The notes beneath the pieces are model-generated. The model was not told where the DNA came from. It saw only the letters and a program-made list of their open reading frames with translations, and made no database searches. A DNA stretch of 64,000 bases. Source: Bilabrum cf. latius (lineage: Eukaryota). The stretch lies in assembly GCA_965178125.1 (NCBI GenBank), contig OZ237757.1, forward strand, positions 558,001-622,000, in the 5' to 3' direction. The position numbers and the translations under genes are program-made. Positions 48,928 to 63,900 of this stretch are shown here, in pieces; the first letter of the stretch is position 1; each line of letters starts with the position of its first letter.

Positions 48928-51900
48928 TCAGCATGGCTGGCTTGGCACAACAGCCAACGCCGCGGCGTCACACAGTTGTCCACCATTCTCACAGAACGGC
49001 CCAACACCTTCAGCATTCTTTGCAGCCACTCGCACGTAGTATTGCTGGTTGGGCAGCAACGCCTGGCCGTTGGCCGGAGACAGAGTCATCACGAACGGGC
49101 CTGCCGGGCTCGCAGCCGCAGCCACGCTGTAGTGGAACACCCCACCGTCCGTGGCCGTATCACGGAAGTCGGGCTGGGCAGACCATTCCACGATGTACTC
49201 TGTAATTGCAGATCCTCCGTCGGCTTGGGACTAGTAGCCCATGCCTGGCTGCGGGCAAGCCCCCGGCTGCTCCGGATCCGACGTCCCACCCCCAGCGCAG
49301 AAGATCCCGTGGGCTGGCACGGTGGGCGCCTGCAGAGACACCAGAATCTAGGAGCCGCATTGCACGCTTGGGTTGCTCAAACTACTCGCGAGAACCACCG
49401 ACGTCGGCTTCCCGGGCAGCTGCCTTGATGGAGCCACCCCAGCAGGGGACGGGAGCGTGGGCAGCCCCTCTCCCACTCGGTTCACCGCGGAGACGCGCAC
49501 GTAGTACAGCTGGCCTGGCTGCAGATCCCGGATGGTGTACGCCATGGACGCTGCCGCCCGCACCTCGGCCTTCCCCTTGTGCGGTGCCAGTGCGAGGGAT
49601 TCGAACTCCGGGTCCACGTCCCACTCCACGACGAAGGCGGTCACGTTGTCGCCACCGTTGTCCAGGGGCATGCCGAATCCGACGGAGATCATGGTGTGGG
49701 ACGTGGCCTGGGCCCGCACGTTGATGGGGCCCATCGGTAGGGACCTGGGAAACTCGAACAGTGGCGTAGGCCCTTGCCCCTCCCCGACTCCTTGCGCGTT
49801 CACGGCGTACACGAGCACCCAGTAGCTCCGGCCGGGCACCAGACCAGAGAGGGTCTTGCTGTAGGGACCCCCATCTGGGATGTACAACAGCGAGGTCTCT
49901 TGGAATCCGGTCATTGCCATGTTATCAGCGTACCTAAGGCGGTACTCCGTGATGGCAGAACCGCCATCGTCTTGCGGCGGGCTCCATGTGACTCTGAGCT
50001 GGGTCCCGCTCACGACCGTCAAGCTGGCAGCTCGCACCCGGCCAGGGACGCGCACAGGAGCGACAAACGACCGACTGGGATCGGTTCGGCTGATAGCAGC
50101 CGTGGACTCGCCATATCCAACTCGGTTGTAGGCCGTGACCCGGGCGTAGTAAGGCCGTCCCTGCAGCAGCTGGGTCAGCGTTTTCTCGCTAAGGCAGTCC
50201 AGCGTGCTTTCCCTCTCCCCCTCAGTACGAATGGCAGCCGACACAGACACCGGAGACCCATCCGCACTGGTCAGGCTATTGTCGGCAACTGCCACCTATA
50301 CGTTGCCGACGTCACCCATGAACGTGATTGCCCACTCATGGGCACCGCTGCCGAGGTCGGTCCGCTCCACATTGACTCCGTCCGCTTCAACGACGCTGTC
50401 CAGGTAGTTCAGGTGGCTTTGCATCGACCCGGGGTTCGACACCGGATTTTCATCGCACGGGCGGTTGGATGCACCGATAATGGACACGTCCTCCACCACG
50501 CAGAACACGCCGCTACCACTTCCTACCGTAGCAGCAGCGTTCTCGTCGCTCATGAGAGCCTGGGCGTCGTATCGGATCGGCTCAGAGAGCGCCTCTGTCG
50601 TGTTGCTCTCGCTCCACACCCTCAAGCGGAAGGTACCGTTCGTGATGGCCGCGCTAGACGTGGTAGTCACCGTCACCACCTCGTGTGCTGCATCAACGGC
50701 GCAACGCTCGGTCTTTGCCCTGACTTGGCCCCCAGGCCCGTAGTCGGCAGACTCGGACCACTCCAGCCTGTACCCGAGGATTCCCGCTCCGCCATCGTTC
50801 TGCGGAGCATCGTAGTCCAGCTGCAGGCGCGAGCTGCTGGTTGGGTCGACAGCCAGGGTAACGTTCTCTGGGGTGCCTGGTTTCTGCAATGGCACCCGTA
50901 GGACCGCCGTTGCCTCCTGCGCGACAGTGGCAGCTCCCATTGGGGCCTGTTCGGCCAAGTTGCAGAAGACTGCCCCGGCCGGGGCGCATGCAGCTGCTGC
51001 TGGTATGCCCGCGCCGAGAGCGTTAATCGCAGATACCCTCCAGGCGTATGCAGTCCCAGCCACGAGCCCAGCGGTTCTGTATGAGAATTGGTCGGGCGGC
51101 ACCTCGACCGAGCCCTTGCTGGGAGGAAGCTCCCCGGGCCTGCAGGCCTCACACACCCGTCGTGTGGTGTTTGTCAGCTCGTTTGACGCAGAGAAGACGG
51201 TAGCAGCTGCTGCCGAAGACCCAGCCAGAAGGGAGTCGTCGATCTGCAGCAGGGGTACTTCACTTCCAGCCTCTCTTGCAAAGGTGATGATGTATCTGAA
51301 GCCGTCTGGCGAACCTCCCAAACTGGTAGAGATGTTCCCAATCGTTTCGATCGACACATCGACGGGCGATCGCACGCTCTCAATGACGGTCAGCGCCTTT
51401 TGCAAGTGCTCCGGGTCACACCCAGCCTGCAGCCAAACCGAGGGGCTGGAGCCGCCTGCTCGTAATCGGAAGAAGCCAGAAGGCACTTCGTTATTCGCAG
51501 TGTTGTCGGTGAGCTCGATGACCTGGATAGCTGACGAGCCTGCTCGGCGCCTTCCATCCATGTTCCGATCCGGATCCACAATGTTAGTAATGCAATCTGT
51601 TCGCAAAGGATCTGCGCTATTGCAACCGCTGGCGGAGCGCACGTTGGATGCATCGACCACCAGGGCGGGTACGTTGGCCTTGTCCCCAACGAAAGTGACA
51701 TCCCAGTAGTATCCAGTGGGAGTCTGGCCGCGGCTGACCTCGATGTGCTCCATCAGGTAGGACGTACCTGGCGCGGCATTCGGGTCCTCAATGTGCATCA
51801 GATGCCTCCGGAAATCGGCCGCGCTTGCGTCCTACGGGATTTGCACGGAGGTCCCGCCGAGATACTTGACCAGCATGGACCCCTGCGTGACAGGGACGTT

Positions 51901-54900
51901 GAGGTCCAGGCGTCCCTCGGAGCTCTCAAGCACAACTCGCTACACTTCCGGTGCATACTCATCCGACCACCACTCTACAAGGTAGCCGCTGACTGTGGCT
52001 CCTCCATTGCTCGCTGGTGCCGACCAAGACACCGTTGCTGCAGACTGAGGCTCACTGTTCGGTTGGACCAATTCGGTTGTGACGCGTACGTCCCGGGGCG
52101 CGGGAGCGGTAGTCATAGGCACTCCCATCGCCACAGAACCGGCTGCCCCCACGTACTGTCCCGCTGCCCCCGTAGTCCACGCTCCGGAACCAGCCTGCGA
52201 ACGTGCTCGGACTCGCACGTAGTACGTGGTGCCTGGTATGAGTCCCGTAATGTTGTGGATGAATACACCTCCAGAAGCGAGGGGTACAAGCTGTAAAGAG
52301 GCTACAGGAACCGGGGTGCCTTCGTCGTACGATGGACTCGAGAACGATGCAGACGTATCGTATGCAACATCATACTCGGTCACAGGCCTGCCACCGTCCG
52401 TTGCTACTGGCGGGAACTGCACCCTGAGCTCTGAACCAGAGAGCAGCCGAGCTCGCACGAACTCAGGAGCGGCCGGGGGCTAGAACGCGGTCTCAACCGA
52501 CTCTACAGCTGCCCAGTTGCGGTTGTCGACCCACTGCAGCGCTGGCGCTCCGTCGTAGGTCGGCGGCAGCCACTGCTTGTTGGAATCAAAGGGGACGGCA
52601 TTTTCCGCACAGACGCGCGCAAAAATTACCGTACCGTTTGTGATACTGGACGGTGAGGCTGAAGCAGTATTCAGCTGCTGGATTGTGTACGTGTATGGCG
52701 GAGCCTAGCCGGACAGCGATGCCATCTCAATCACCTCAACACCTGATGGTGCAGGTCGCCCGGGCTCCAGTCCCGAAGTGGAGGCCGCCAAAGAGCGGAA
52801 GTCATCGGCAGTATCCCACTCGATCCTGTATCGCAGCACCGCAGACCCGCCGTCCTGCACAGGCGGGCTCCAGACGAGCTGGACCTCGCTGTCCGACAGC
52901 ACGATGGCGCTGGCGCCGATTGGCGGCTATGGAATCTCCATCGGTACCAATGATGACACCAGTGAAGCTGCACCAGCACCGATCTGGTTGTGCGCCATAA
53001 TACGCGCGTGATACTCCTCGCCGCGAAGCAGGCCTCCAATCACGAGGCAGCTGTTGCAAGCTGAGTGCGTCACGAATGCCCGAGCCTCCGTCGGAGTGAG
53101 TGCGTCTTTCCACACGTGCAGCATCTCAATGTCACCTTCCCAACTGATGAACTCGACAGTCCATTCGAATCCGCCAGCTGCTCGAGCCACGCTGAGTGCA
53201 CGCTGTCCAGGTCTGCGGCTGATGTGATCGACGGTCGTGTGGTCGTCGGCCCGTCCAAGCTCCACTCGCATACCCCCAAGATGGATGCCACGGACGCCGA
53301 ATTGCTCGTCGCCGACCCAAATCGTATCTCCGACCGACATAGTGCCAGCAACACCAGGGGCAGTCAAATCCACAAATGAGGACAACGCAGTTGGCACACT
53401 TGCAGTCACAGGCAAATCTAACCGAGCCAGCACTCGAGATACATCCACGGCATCTACTCCCTGAATAGACTCCACTGCATTGCGCACTGCTGCCGCGGTA
53501 GCATCGAATGCAAGCTCGGCCGTCCTTGCTCCGCCAAGGCCGTATGCTAGGGAGAAGTGACCACCGGAAACGACAGTGAATTCATCCGTAGGGTCGCCGA
53601 CTATCAGTTGCACTCGCTGCACCCTTCGAAGCAACTCAGTGGACGTGATTTCAAGCGTGCGCTTGTCTGGCGACTGAAGCGTGGGACTGCTATCAACTTC
53701 GACTGTGTACTTCGTAATCGCCGCGCCACCCGAGTAGCTTGGGGGATGGAACGAGAGTGCGAGCTTGGATCCAGACTCGGCGATTCCAAGGCTCACCTCA
53801 CGCACCGACACAGCAGCACCATCGCCCTCAAGCTGTGTTGCAATGCCCTGCATGGCCTCGACGTCTCCAGCAGCGTAGAAGGTAACTAACCACGAGCTGC
53901 CGTCCTATGAATCAAGCACAGCGGCCTTTGATACTTGAACATTCGCGATGCTGGGAAGGGCCTCGAGAGCCTCTTTGACGCTGAGGCGGTTGTCCCCTGC
54001 GATAGGCTCTGCCGGGGCATCGTATCCGAGCATTGCGGTCTGCCTGCCAGCGTATGACAGGCGCCATTGACCACGCAGTGCGTTGCTCTCACTGACCGTG
54101 CGCACCTGCACGGCTGCCTCAGATCCAGTCAGTGACGACACCGCTTCCATCTGGGACACGTCACCCTTTGGACCAACAAAGGTGACAAGCCAAGTGAAGC
54201 CCTGGGTAGTGTCAGGGCCAGAGCGTGATACTTCCACTGCATTCGAAATGGAAGGGAAGTACAACCCGTTGAGCGCCAGCTCTACGTCGGATGCAGTGGC
54301 GTTCCAGCTGAGTGAGGTCGTGGAGCTCCCGTCCAGTTTCAAGTAGAACAAGCCACCAACCGCGTTGCGGGTAACCTCCACCGAAACGTCGCAGCGCGGG
54401 GACGAAGCTCCAGTTGACTACAGGCTCGAGCTTTCGCATTCAATGTCTGGAACAGCACCGCTTGATGTGAAGTCTACATCAACCATTGCGACGTACCAAG
54501 CGAACCCACCCACCACGTTAGCGATGGACCTGGTCACTTCAACCTACTGTATTCCTGGTAGCTGCTCCAAGCTGGCGGTAATGAGCTGTGCGCTGGAATT
54601 GTGGAACAGCAGACGGTCAGTCTCATGACTTTCGGCCCACGTTGATACCGTAGATACGGTAATCTGGCTGGACTAGCATCCAGTTGCAGACGCGTTAGCC
54701 GCTACTATCCACGCCGGCATCAGATCGCCTGCCACGTCGTCGCTCCAGGATACCGCGTCAATCAAGTAGCGGAAACCAAAAGAATCAGCGGCCCCTCCGT
54801 CCAATTGTCTCTAGACAGCCACTGCATTAATCGATGTCCCGGCAACATTACGCTGTGTTCCGATCAGGGCATTTGCAAGCTCAGAGGAAGTAGCTCCAAG

Positions 54901-57900
54901 TCCCACGCAAGATGATGAGCCTTCCGTATGCGTGCTGGCGTCGCTAGAGGATGCCTGTAGCGCAAATGTAGATGAAGGCGATGGTGTGGTCGCAGAAACA
55001 ACTACCGTGGTTGTCTCAGAGATGGCTACCATCGGCTAGACAGACGGCGAACCATCAAAGCATCCCACTGCGCTCCCCATACCGTGAACTTCAACCGACA
55101 ATTGCTGGCCCTGCACCGCAGGCGCAAAGACTCGTATGAGGCGAGCAGTATTCAGGGCAGCTGCAGCACCTGCTGATGCATACGCAAAGCCTGCTGCGTC
55201 GATGTATTTCGCCTTTATCCCCTGTCCCAGGGAAACACCGGCACCATCTATGGTACCGTTCAGCAGTGCAAGAGCCTGCTCAATCTGCACGAGGTCGGCA
55301 CTAAAGTCAATGCATTGCGATATCAGCGAGGTCTGGTTCTCAGCACTGCTGCTGTTCCCGTACCGGAGTCGGAATTGGGGAAGCGACTCCATAGGGTCGC
55401 TGCTACTCGAAGCCAAGGCAATGGAGAAACTCGGATCCGAGAGTGCGATGCCACCCCACGACAGGTCAAGCTTACCACTGAGCGATTCACCGCGGGGCAC
55501 CGAGGTGCGAATCGCTTGAATTTCAGGAATGTATGCTGCATTTGTACGAATTTCTTGCACCTCGTCCTGATGCGTGGCACCAGTCGAAATTGCCTGCACC
55601 TCGTACATGCGAGTGGCTACACTTAGACGCACGGCCTGAGGCGCAGCAGGAGGGGCCACCGGAATATCAGAGTCGACGTTCGACCACGGACCAAGTTTGG
55701 CCGGTGGCATGGGCAGCTCATCATTTGACGATGCAACACGTCCGAAGTACTGAACACCCTCTTGCAGGCCACCGACAACGTAGGAAGATGGCAGCTTGCC
55801 GGCGACGAAGCTGTCAAACACCCAGCCAATGGCTGACGTTCCACTGAGAGCACTTGCTTCAAGATCAAGACTAGGAATATCCCCCACATTCGTTTCGAAT
55901 TCTACTCCCCACGACAAGCCACTTGACTTGTAGACTGGATACACCCCAGTGGCACCCTGGAATGAGAGCTCATCGGACGCATCGCCTGATAGGTTCGCAA
56001 GTGGGATTGTTGTGGCCGACAGCACGTCGTCCATACCACGAGTTGGGCCCATCTCGCTTACCCTTGAATCAAATGATGCAACCTCTGCGTCATTCGCAGG
56101 GTTAGAGTCGCATGCCGACAGAGCAATTGGTACGCTTGTGTTCATGGTAGCTTCAACATGGATGACATACACGAAACGCGAGGAAGAGGCCTCTTCGTAC
56201 CTGGTTACGAAGACAGGTACCGAAAGGCTTCCCTCGGATTCCGCCAAGCGAATCGCTGCAGCCGCATCATCAGTCATACCTGTCGACACGTTTACGAAAC
56301 CCGGATTCATGGCCCCAATGATAGCAAGTTCTACCTCAGCAGCAGACGGTGGGCCAGATACAGACCCAACACACACAGACGTGCTGCCACCAAGAGCGGC
56401 CATATCGAAGCCGAACTCTAAAGTCGTTCCAACCGGGAGTACAACCTCGAACTTCGGAAGAGGCACGGACCGAACAGCAAACGTCTCAGCCAGATGGAAC
56501 ACTTCCTCATCCGCCACCGAGGTGGTCGATGCGTTCTTATCCAGCTGCGCGAACCGGCCCAACCCAGCCTCTATCACTGTAGCATTGAACTCAAGCGCAC
56601 TGGTTGAGTTCGGGAAAACGACTGGATCGCAGACGGCTGCGGATGCTTGACCCGCGTTACCGCTATCAATTGCGAACATGAATGGCACACCATTGAAACT
56701 ATTTCTCGGCGAGACAGCATCGAACGATCCCGCAAATCTGACTCTGTATACTAGCCCAACTCCAGCCGTGCCAGCACCCGGTTCTGGCAGCAGCGCGACA
56801 GATACTGGTGTTCCAACAAGGGTGGACAGAGCGGCCTCTAATTCGGCTGCAGAGGACGCGACCGGGACGCAACGACTGAATCGAGCTGCTGTTTGGGTTC
56901 CTTGGGACGATGATGGTGGGATGTATCTGAGCCGGTACTACCCGGTCGCCCCACTCGCTGCACTCACATTGGCTGTAGCGCTGAACACGCGCATTTCAAC
57001 TACAGCTGCACCAGTGCTCGTCACCACGAAGGATTCTCCACTGATCTCAACTCGCTGCCCATCATATAGATCGCCTCGGTTTACTGTTGCTAGCTCCAGC
57101 TGGCTTGCTCCAGCCGCCAGCCGACCAGTGCCGAGCAACGTCTTCCCCAACAATGCGGCGCTGCCGTGCCGATAACCTGCAGGTAGACCTCCGACTCGGA
57201 TAGAGTCTCCGGCGGCCAGCAATGTTCGAGCATCGGGAGGCGCACTCACGCCATCGGGACCTGCCACAAGCTCCACACTGGCTCCGCCAAAGGTCGCTCT
57301 TCCGAATCCGATCAGGCTGCCAAGCAGTTGCTGTCTATCGACCGTCACTGTTCCAATATCTGGCAGGTCTTCCAAGAACCCGTCGAGCGCTGCGGCACTC
57401 ACATCATATGCCATGCTAGGAGTGCTCGACCCATAGAGCGACACCGCGAAGTTGCCACCCAAAGGCTCCAGGCCGTCGATAGAGGAAACTTCAACCCTTC
57501 CATTGGTGCCGCCGATTCCAGAATCGGACACCTAGAGCTACAACGGGTTCCCAGTGCCGTGTGGGTACGCGATACCACCATCGAATGCGCCTAGGTTGCG
57601 GATAAAGTGTACGCTAACTTTGTACCCACCCTTGCGCGATGTGGGCTGCACATGTTCAGCATTCCACCCTGCTCCCCAGGTACGGTCAATGCTCACATGC
57701 GCATCGACGACGCTGCTCAGCTCCTCCAGCTGCAGTTCTATCCGTCGAGCCGAAGAGGTTAACGAAAAAGTTCTGGCTCCGGTGTTGTGACCAGCAGCGC
57801 CAGGCATAGTCACGTCAAATGTTCCATTCAGGCCGACTGAGCCGGTTTCAACCTCAACGGCATCAATACCCGCCGATGAAGTGTTCGCACAGGCCGTACA

Positions 57901-60900
57901 AGCTCCAACGCCCGACTCTCCCAGCAACATGGGCGTGTGGATCAATGGGTCGGTAGCAGAGACATTAAACTGCGTGCTCAACAGGTCGATATCGCCCGCA
58001 CCAGCAGGCACCATTCCACGGTTGGCCGTAAACGTCACTGTCCACTAGTACGTCCGGTACTTCGTTGTCCGCATGCGCGAAACCATAACATCGTCATACG
58101 CATCTACCGACCTGAGTCCATACGCGAGATCGTCAGTACTTGCATCAAAAGCAACCACAGCGGAAGAATTGCCACCAATTCGCATCACATCTGATTCGAC
58201 GCTAAACTCTCCAAATAACACGTTCCCTCGAGTTGCTTCCAGTACGGTCGCTGTCACGTTGTTGCCGGCCAACTGCGGCTGAGTCGAAGCAGAATCCAAC
58301 AGAATGCTAAGGTCAGGTACATTGCCGGGAGATGGGCATGACTAGACTCCCGGCAAAGAACCCTCTGAGCATTGAAGTGCTGATTCTGCGTCTCTAAGGA
58401 AGGTTATGGTCCACGTGTATCCTCCAGAGAAAGGCACATCTGTCGAGAATCTCTCCACGGCTACATCGCCCACATTTGCAAGGTCTTCTAACACAGACTC
58501 CATCGAATAGTCGGCGTTTTCTGTTCTTGAAGCCGCAATATCGTGCCGGATCAGCACCGTCTGCTAGTCCACGCAAACATACGGAGTCCCGGAATCACCG
58601 CACGTCTCGATACCTTGGGCTTCCTCGGTAGTGTTGAGGCCAAGCCTGAAGTATCCATGCACTGGGTCGGTGCCTTCGTCGCCCACATCGACCGTAACTG
58701 AGCACGTTGCCGAAGCAATGCTAGGTGACGTATCCTCCAGCCGCGAGTCGTCACATACCGCAGTTGGGATGCGTGTTCCTACGTTCCTGCCCCACGCCTG
58801 GGAGTAGCCAGTATTCCAGTCGTGGGATGAATCTCCAGAGTGAACATTAGAGGTGTACGTTATGCGCCACACAAACTCCTTCTACTAATTGACGCGCTCG
58901 CTGCTTATGTTGACGGGCAAGCCTCGTGAGACACTCACGCTATGAATGGTTGTGAGTGCCTCGAGCTGCGTGGTGAGCACGGCGGCCGATGCATCAAAGG
59001 TAATCTCGCCGGTGGTTTCTCCGTCAAAAGTAAGCTTGAAGGTGCCATCGAGTTGGTTGCCTTCCTCAACGGTACCAGTCTCGATTCCAACGTCACTGTA
59101 GGAGCCTGCCGTTGACACGGTGGCATCGCACTGTCCAAGACCGAGCTGGTCACATGCAGGCCCAGCCTGCAGCTGTGGCACGTTGCCACCGTTCTCCGGA
59201 GCAACAAAGGTGATCAGCCACGTGAACCCACCGGCTGCATTTGGAGTGTACGACTGCAAGGCAACGTCCACCTCTGGAATTACTGACACATTAAGTCCAG
59301 TTGCAGAGTCCGTCATATTCATGCCCTCCAGAGCTGCTTTAATTGAGATGGCGACCTAGTCAGCGTCGATTGGAAGCTGTGGCCCTAGTTCCACAGACTG
59401 AGTGCGATGGGAACCATACGATAGGAAAAAGCTCCCAAGGATGCTACTTCCTTGCTACGGCACGGGAGAAGAAAGCTACACCTGCGCGGCGCGACTTGGC
59501 GCTCCGGCTCGTGGCGTACCCGATGAGAGATTAGTCAGGGTAGGAGACAGGCCGTTAATTGAAACGTACGCAGCGTCCACGGGACCAACGGAGATAAGCG
59601 AGTCGTTGAAATCGCCAGGGTGGCTCACAAAGGTGATTCTCCACGAGTAGCCGCCAGCCCACCCTGCGCCGACAGCAGGCGTTGGTACTGGCGCTGACAC
59701 GGTCACCGTCTCTCCAAGCTGCTAGAACACTTGCTCAAACTCACCAGACGATGCGTTTGCCGGAACAATTGCGCTGGAGTTCCCATCATCAATGGAAACC
59801 CAGAAATGCCCAGTAATTTCAGAGCCGTCAGTGCAGTTCTGTGCATCGAGGGCAGAATCGCACACCGAAAGCTCCACGACACCGTTCGTGCTGACGACAG
59901 GGTTTCCGCTTGCCTGGCTGATTGCCAAGGCGTCCAAGTTTCCATCCACGCCCGTAAATGTAACGAACCACACGTACCCGCCGGAACTGTCCCGGTCACT
60001 TCTCGAGACTGTCACTGATTGGATTGCGTGAAGTGCCTGAAGCTCCTCTTGCACACTACCGGCCCCATCCGAAGTTGTTGCTCCAGCGTTGTGGTCTACT
60101 CCAGGCGTAGTGGCCTGCACGCCAAACTGACCGCGTGAATCTGTGTAGGTCAGCACAAACTGCCCATCGTAAATCTCGTTGCCATTCTATGTCACTGATT
60201 GCTGGATTGCCGCGGTGTCCGCAACCCCATCACCATCGGAATCGAAGTTGGCTGTGGATGCTGCATCTGTGCCAGGCAAAGTCGCGGCGAGGGGCCTGAG
60301 AGCGAATGTAGACGTAGAGGTCCTGCTAGGCGGAATATCTCCATTCACACTCTCGCCTGAGAATTCTACTAACCAGCCTGCATAGTTGGGGTCGCTCTAA
60401 TCGCGGGCAAGTGACACATTTAGCTAGCCTGAAAGGATTGGGAACTCTGCTTCTATCGCCTCTAAGAATTGGCTAGCGTTCATTCCAGCGTTGAACGCGG
60501 ACGATCCGGATTGCGAAGGCCCACAGGATGAGCCGCAGTTGCACAGCAAGCAGCCGCGCAGGTCAAGCTCGAGACCGAAAGTTGCCTGCGTTCCGAGCGG
60601 GAGGTCGTCCCGCCCGGCCTATGTATGTGTGCTCGTGTACACCGATGGTGATGCCACATAGTCATTCACAGTGCCTACAGCGCCAGGATGAGCGCATGTA
60701 AAAACGATGCGACCGGTTGCCTCGTCCACCTGGGATAGCACATCCTGCGACCTTGGCACCGTTGCACTTATTCCTCCCGGTGCTCCCATGGTGTTGGACA
60801 GACCGCCTTGATGGAGCTCAACTGATTCAGCTGTGGCATTCAAGATATCAACCAAAGCTGAGTTCGCTGTCAGATTGACAACCACAGCCTGTGAGTTCTC

Positions 60901-63900
60901 CACCGACCCGTCTGAGTCCCACTCATAGACTACCTGGTCTGACGGAGACCCTCCGCAGTTAATCGCGAACTCCCGGTCATCAAGGCCATTAGGTCCATTC
61001 CCAATATCAGTTGATACCACTACTAATGTGAGCTCGGACGCCTACGTGCCATTCCTGTCGCGCAGCTCCAGAGCGTGCACCTCGTTGACATCATCGGAGG
61101 CCACGCGGATTACCTGCACCTCGGGAACCCTTGTGGCCGACGTGACAATTTCCTAGACTTCATCCACGTTGTTTCCAGTCGCACGAACGAACTGAACTTC
61201 ATCGCGATCAATCGTCGATGTCCTAAGGGTTTGTACCTGAGGTAGCACAGGCCCACTCGAGATCGCAACGGTCTGTACCTCATCGGTACCGTTGACAGTG
61301 GTTGTGAGAGTCTAGATTTCATTGTGCACGTCCTCCACGATTTCGATCGTCTGCACCTCGATGCCAGTCTCATTTAGCTCTACCGAAAGGACTTGCACTT
61401 CATGGACTACAGGCAGGTTGGTGCGCTGCAGATCGGAAGAGTTAAAGTGCTCAGTCGTGTCAATCTGTAGCTGGAAATACTGCAAAGTTGAGCCACCATC
61501 ATGAAGGGGCGCCGTCCATTCGGCGGATACTTGTTGGTTGTTGATCGATCGCACTGAAAAGTCACGAGGTGCGGTTGGCTCCTGGTCGCTTGTGGTAGCC
61601 GTTGGCGGCTTGGGGTGGGCGGCGGGCCCAAACCCTACTGAATTCCTGGCCGATACCCGCACAGCATACGTTTTCCCGGGAACGAGCTAGGAATCAATGT
61701 TGCCGGTAGAAACATTCCTTGAGCCGATAACAAAGCTTAGCAGCTGGGATGACGCGCGAGGCGCCGGGACAGATGCTTGCGTCACTAGTCGTCTCGATGC
61801 CTCAAGAGCCGGCCCGACCTGACGCCTAGCTGCTGGGCTCAGGGAGCTACCAAGCTCTATGGCTGTTGACGCAGATATCGTAGTGCTGTCCTGTGGTGGG
61901 GCACCGACAGCAGAGAATCTGGTCTCGTCCCATTCGATGACGTACTCGTCAATTTGGCTTCCACCGTTGCCACTGTAAATTAGCTGCTCTGCCGTTGGAG
62001 CCTCCCACACGACTCTGATTTCCACAGCGGACAGCACCTGCAGCGCAACAGCTGCTGGGGGCCCAGGCACTCGCATTCGCGGGATGGCTGAATGTGTCGC
62101 GGCATATGGTCCATCGCCCCTGTCATTTGTTGCCAAAATCCTCACGTAGTAGCGCTGCCCTGATGTGAGACCGTCAATGTTAGTGTAGAACTGGCGCTCG
62201 CTGCGCGCAGTTGAACTCGTGATCGTAATTGCTGCAGGGTCGTCCACCACCACGCTATAGTCAGACACGTTTTGATCCACGAAAGACTCGCTTAGCGACC
62301 ACTATACGAGGTACTAGAATACGGGAGAACCACCATCCTACTAGGGGTACTGCCACGATAGCTTGAGCGACGTATCGGAAAGCACGTGTAGTGCGGATAC
62401 CCTCGGAGCGCCAGGCGCCGTTCGCGGCAGTTCGAATCGGGGGTGGGTGAACGTGGATGGTCCGAATCCATTCAATGCATTCTTCGCAGCGACTCGAACT
62501 CCGTAGGCACGTCCTGCTTCCAGCCCCCCCAGCTAAACCGTGTACAAACTGGTGGAGCCAACTGCTTCTAGCTATACTACAGCATAGTCACGAGGAAGCA
62601 CGCCTGTCTGAACGACAGCAACCTCAGCGTCTGCTCCCGGACCAGTGATCGCAGAGGTGGAAATCTCTAGCGTTGGAACATCTCCAAGTTCCCCGACAAA
62701 GGTGACAACCCAATCGTACCCCAACCCATTCGCGCGTCGCACAACAGACACATCAGACACGGCAGCAAGAGCTTCAAGGCGGTTCTCAAGCATATCTGAA
62801 GAAGCCTCCACATCGATGAGTTCCGTGCGCTCCCCACGGAAACCTAGCTCAAAGTACCCGCCAATTGGCTTCTATCCCTGTCTCTCGGTTACAACGGAAG
62901 CAACCACATTTGTTCCTGACCAGCTGGTTCCAGGTAGCGTGATCATCTCTGGCACATCTCCCACGTGTGCCGTCTCTATGAACGTGATGCGCCAGTTGAA
63001 GCCGTTCCCGGATACCCATACGGAGTAGTCGCCCTACACTGGCCCGTTCCATGTGCCAGGCTGTAGCGCAGCATTAGGATCAGCTGCCTTTGACAGGACG
63101 AACGAATCAGCACCTCCAGCACCTGCGGATCCAGGCGCTCTAGAAGCATCTGATGTCACTATGAATGTGTTGGCTGTCTCCGAGTCTGCATGGTCAAAGG
63201 CAGTCAAAAGTCGGACTGCAGTGACCCCGGGCTGAAGAGCAATTGTATCAACAGTGCTATCCAGACGCGTCACATGCACGAATCCAGTGCCATTAGTTGG
63301 GTCGATTTCCTGGCGGGCCCTGTACAGGCCAGGCAGTCTCTTCCACGACGGTGTTCTAACGACCTCAACGTTCTGCACAGAACCAGTCCTCTCCAGGATT
63401 GCTTCCAGCTGACTGGCGGTGGCATCGTGCGGGATGTCTTCAGACACCTCCGAGCCAAACTGTACTCTGAAGCTGCCCTGGATATCATTCAAGTCTGCTG
63501 TCGTGCTCACAACCTGCACTTCTTCCACTCCGGACGGGCGGGCGGTCCCAATCGCGCGCGCTATTGCCGACACAGTGATCACCTGGACTTCATAAACAGG
63601 TTCCGACGCGAAACGTTCAACCCTGTATGACTCAACTGGACTGCCACCATTGTCCGATGCCGCTGAAAACTACACTTGGAGCTGGGCTGCACTTGCAACG
63701 GATAGTTGGGGGCTCAATACTGGCCCTGGCTGGGTTGAAACGAGTACTCGAGCACTCGACTTCGCTCCAGTGCTTGCACCCCTGCTGTTAAATGCGGTCA
63801 CACGTGTGGAGTAGCCATTGCCACTCTCCAGCTGGTTGACGACCACTCGTAATGGGTTGGTCCCGCGCACCAACTCACTAGCGAACCCACGCACGTTCAT

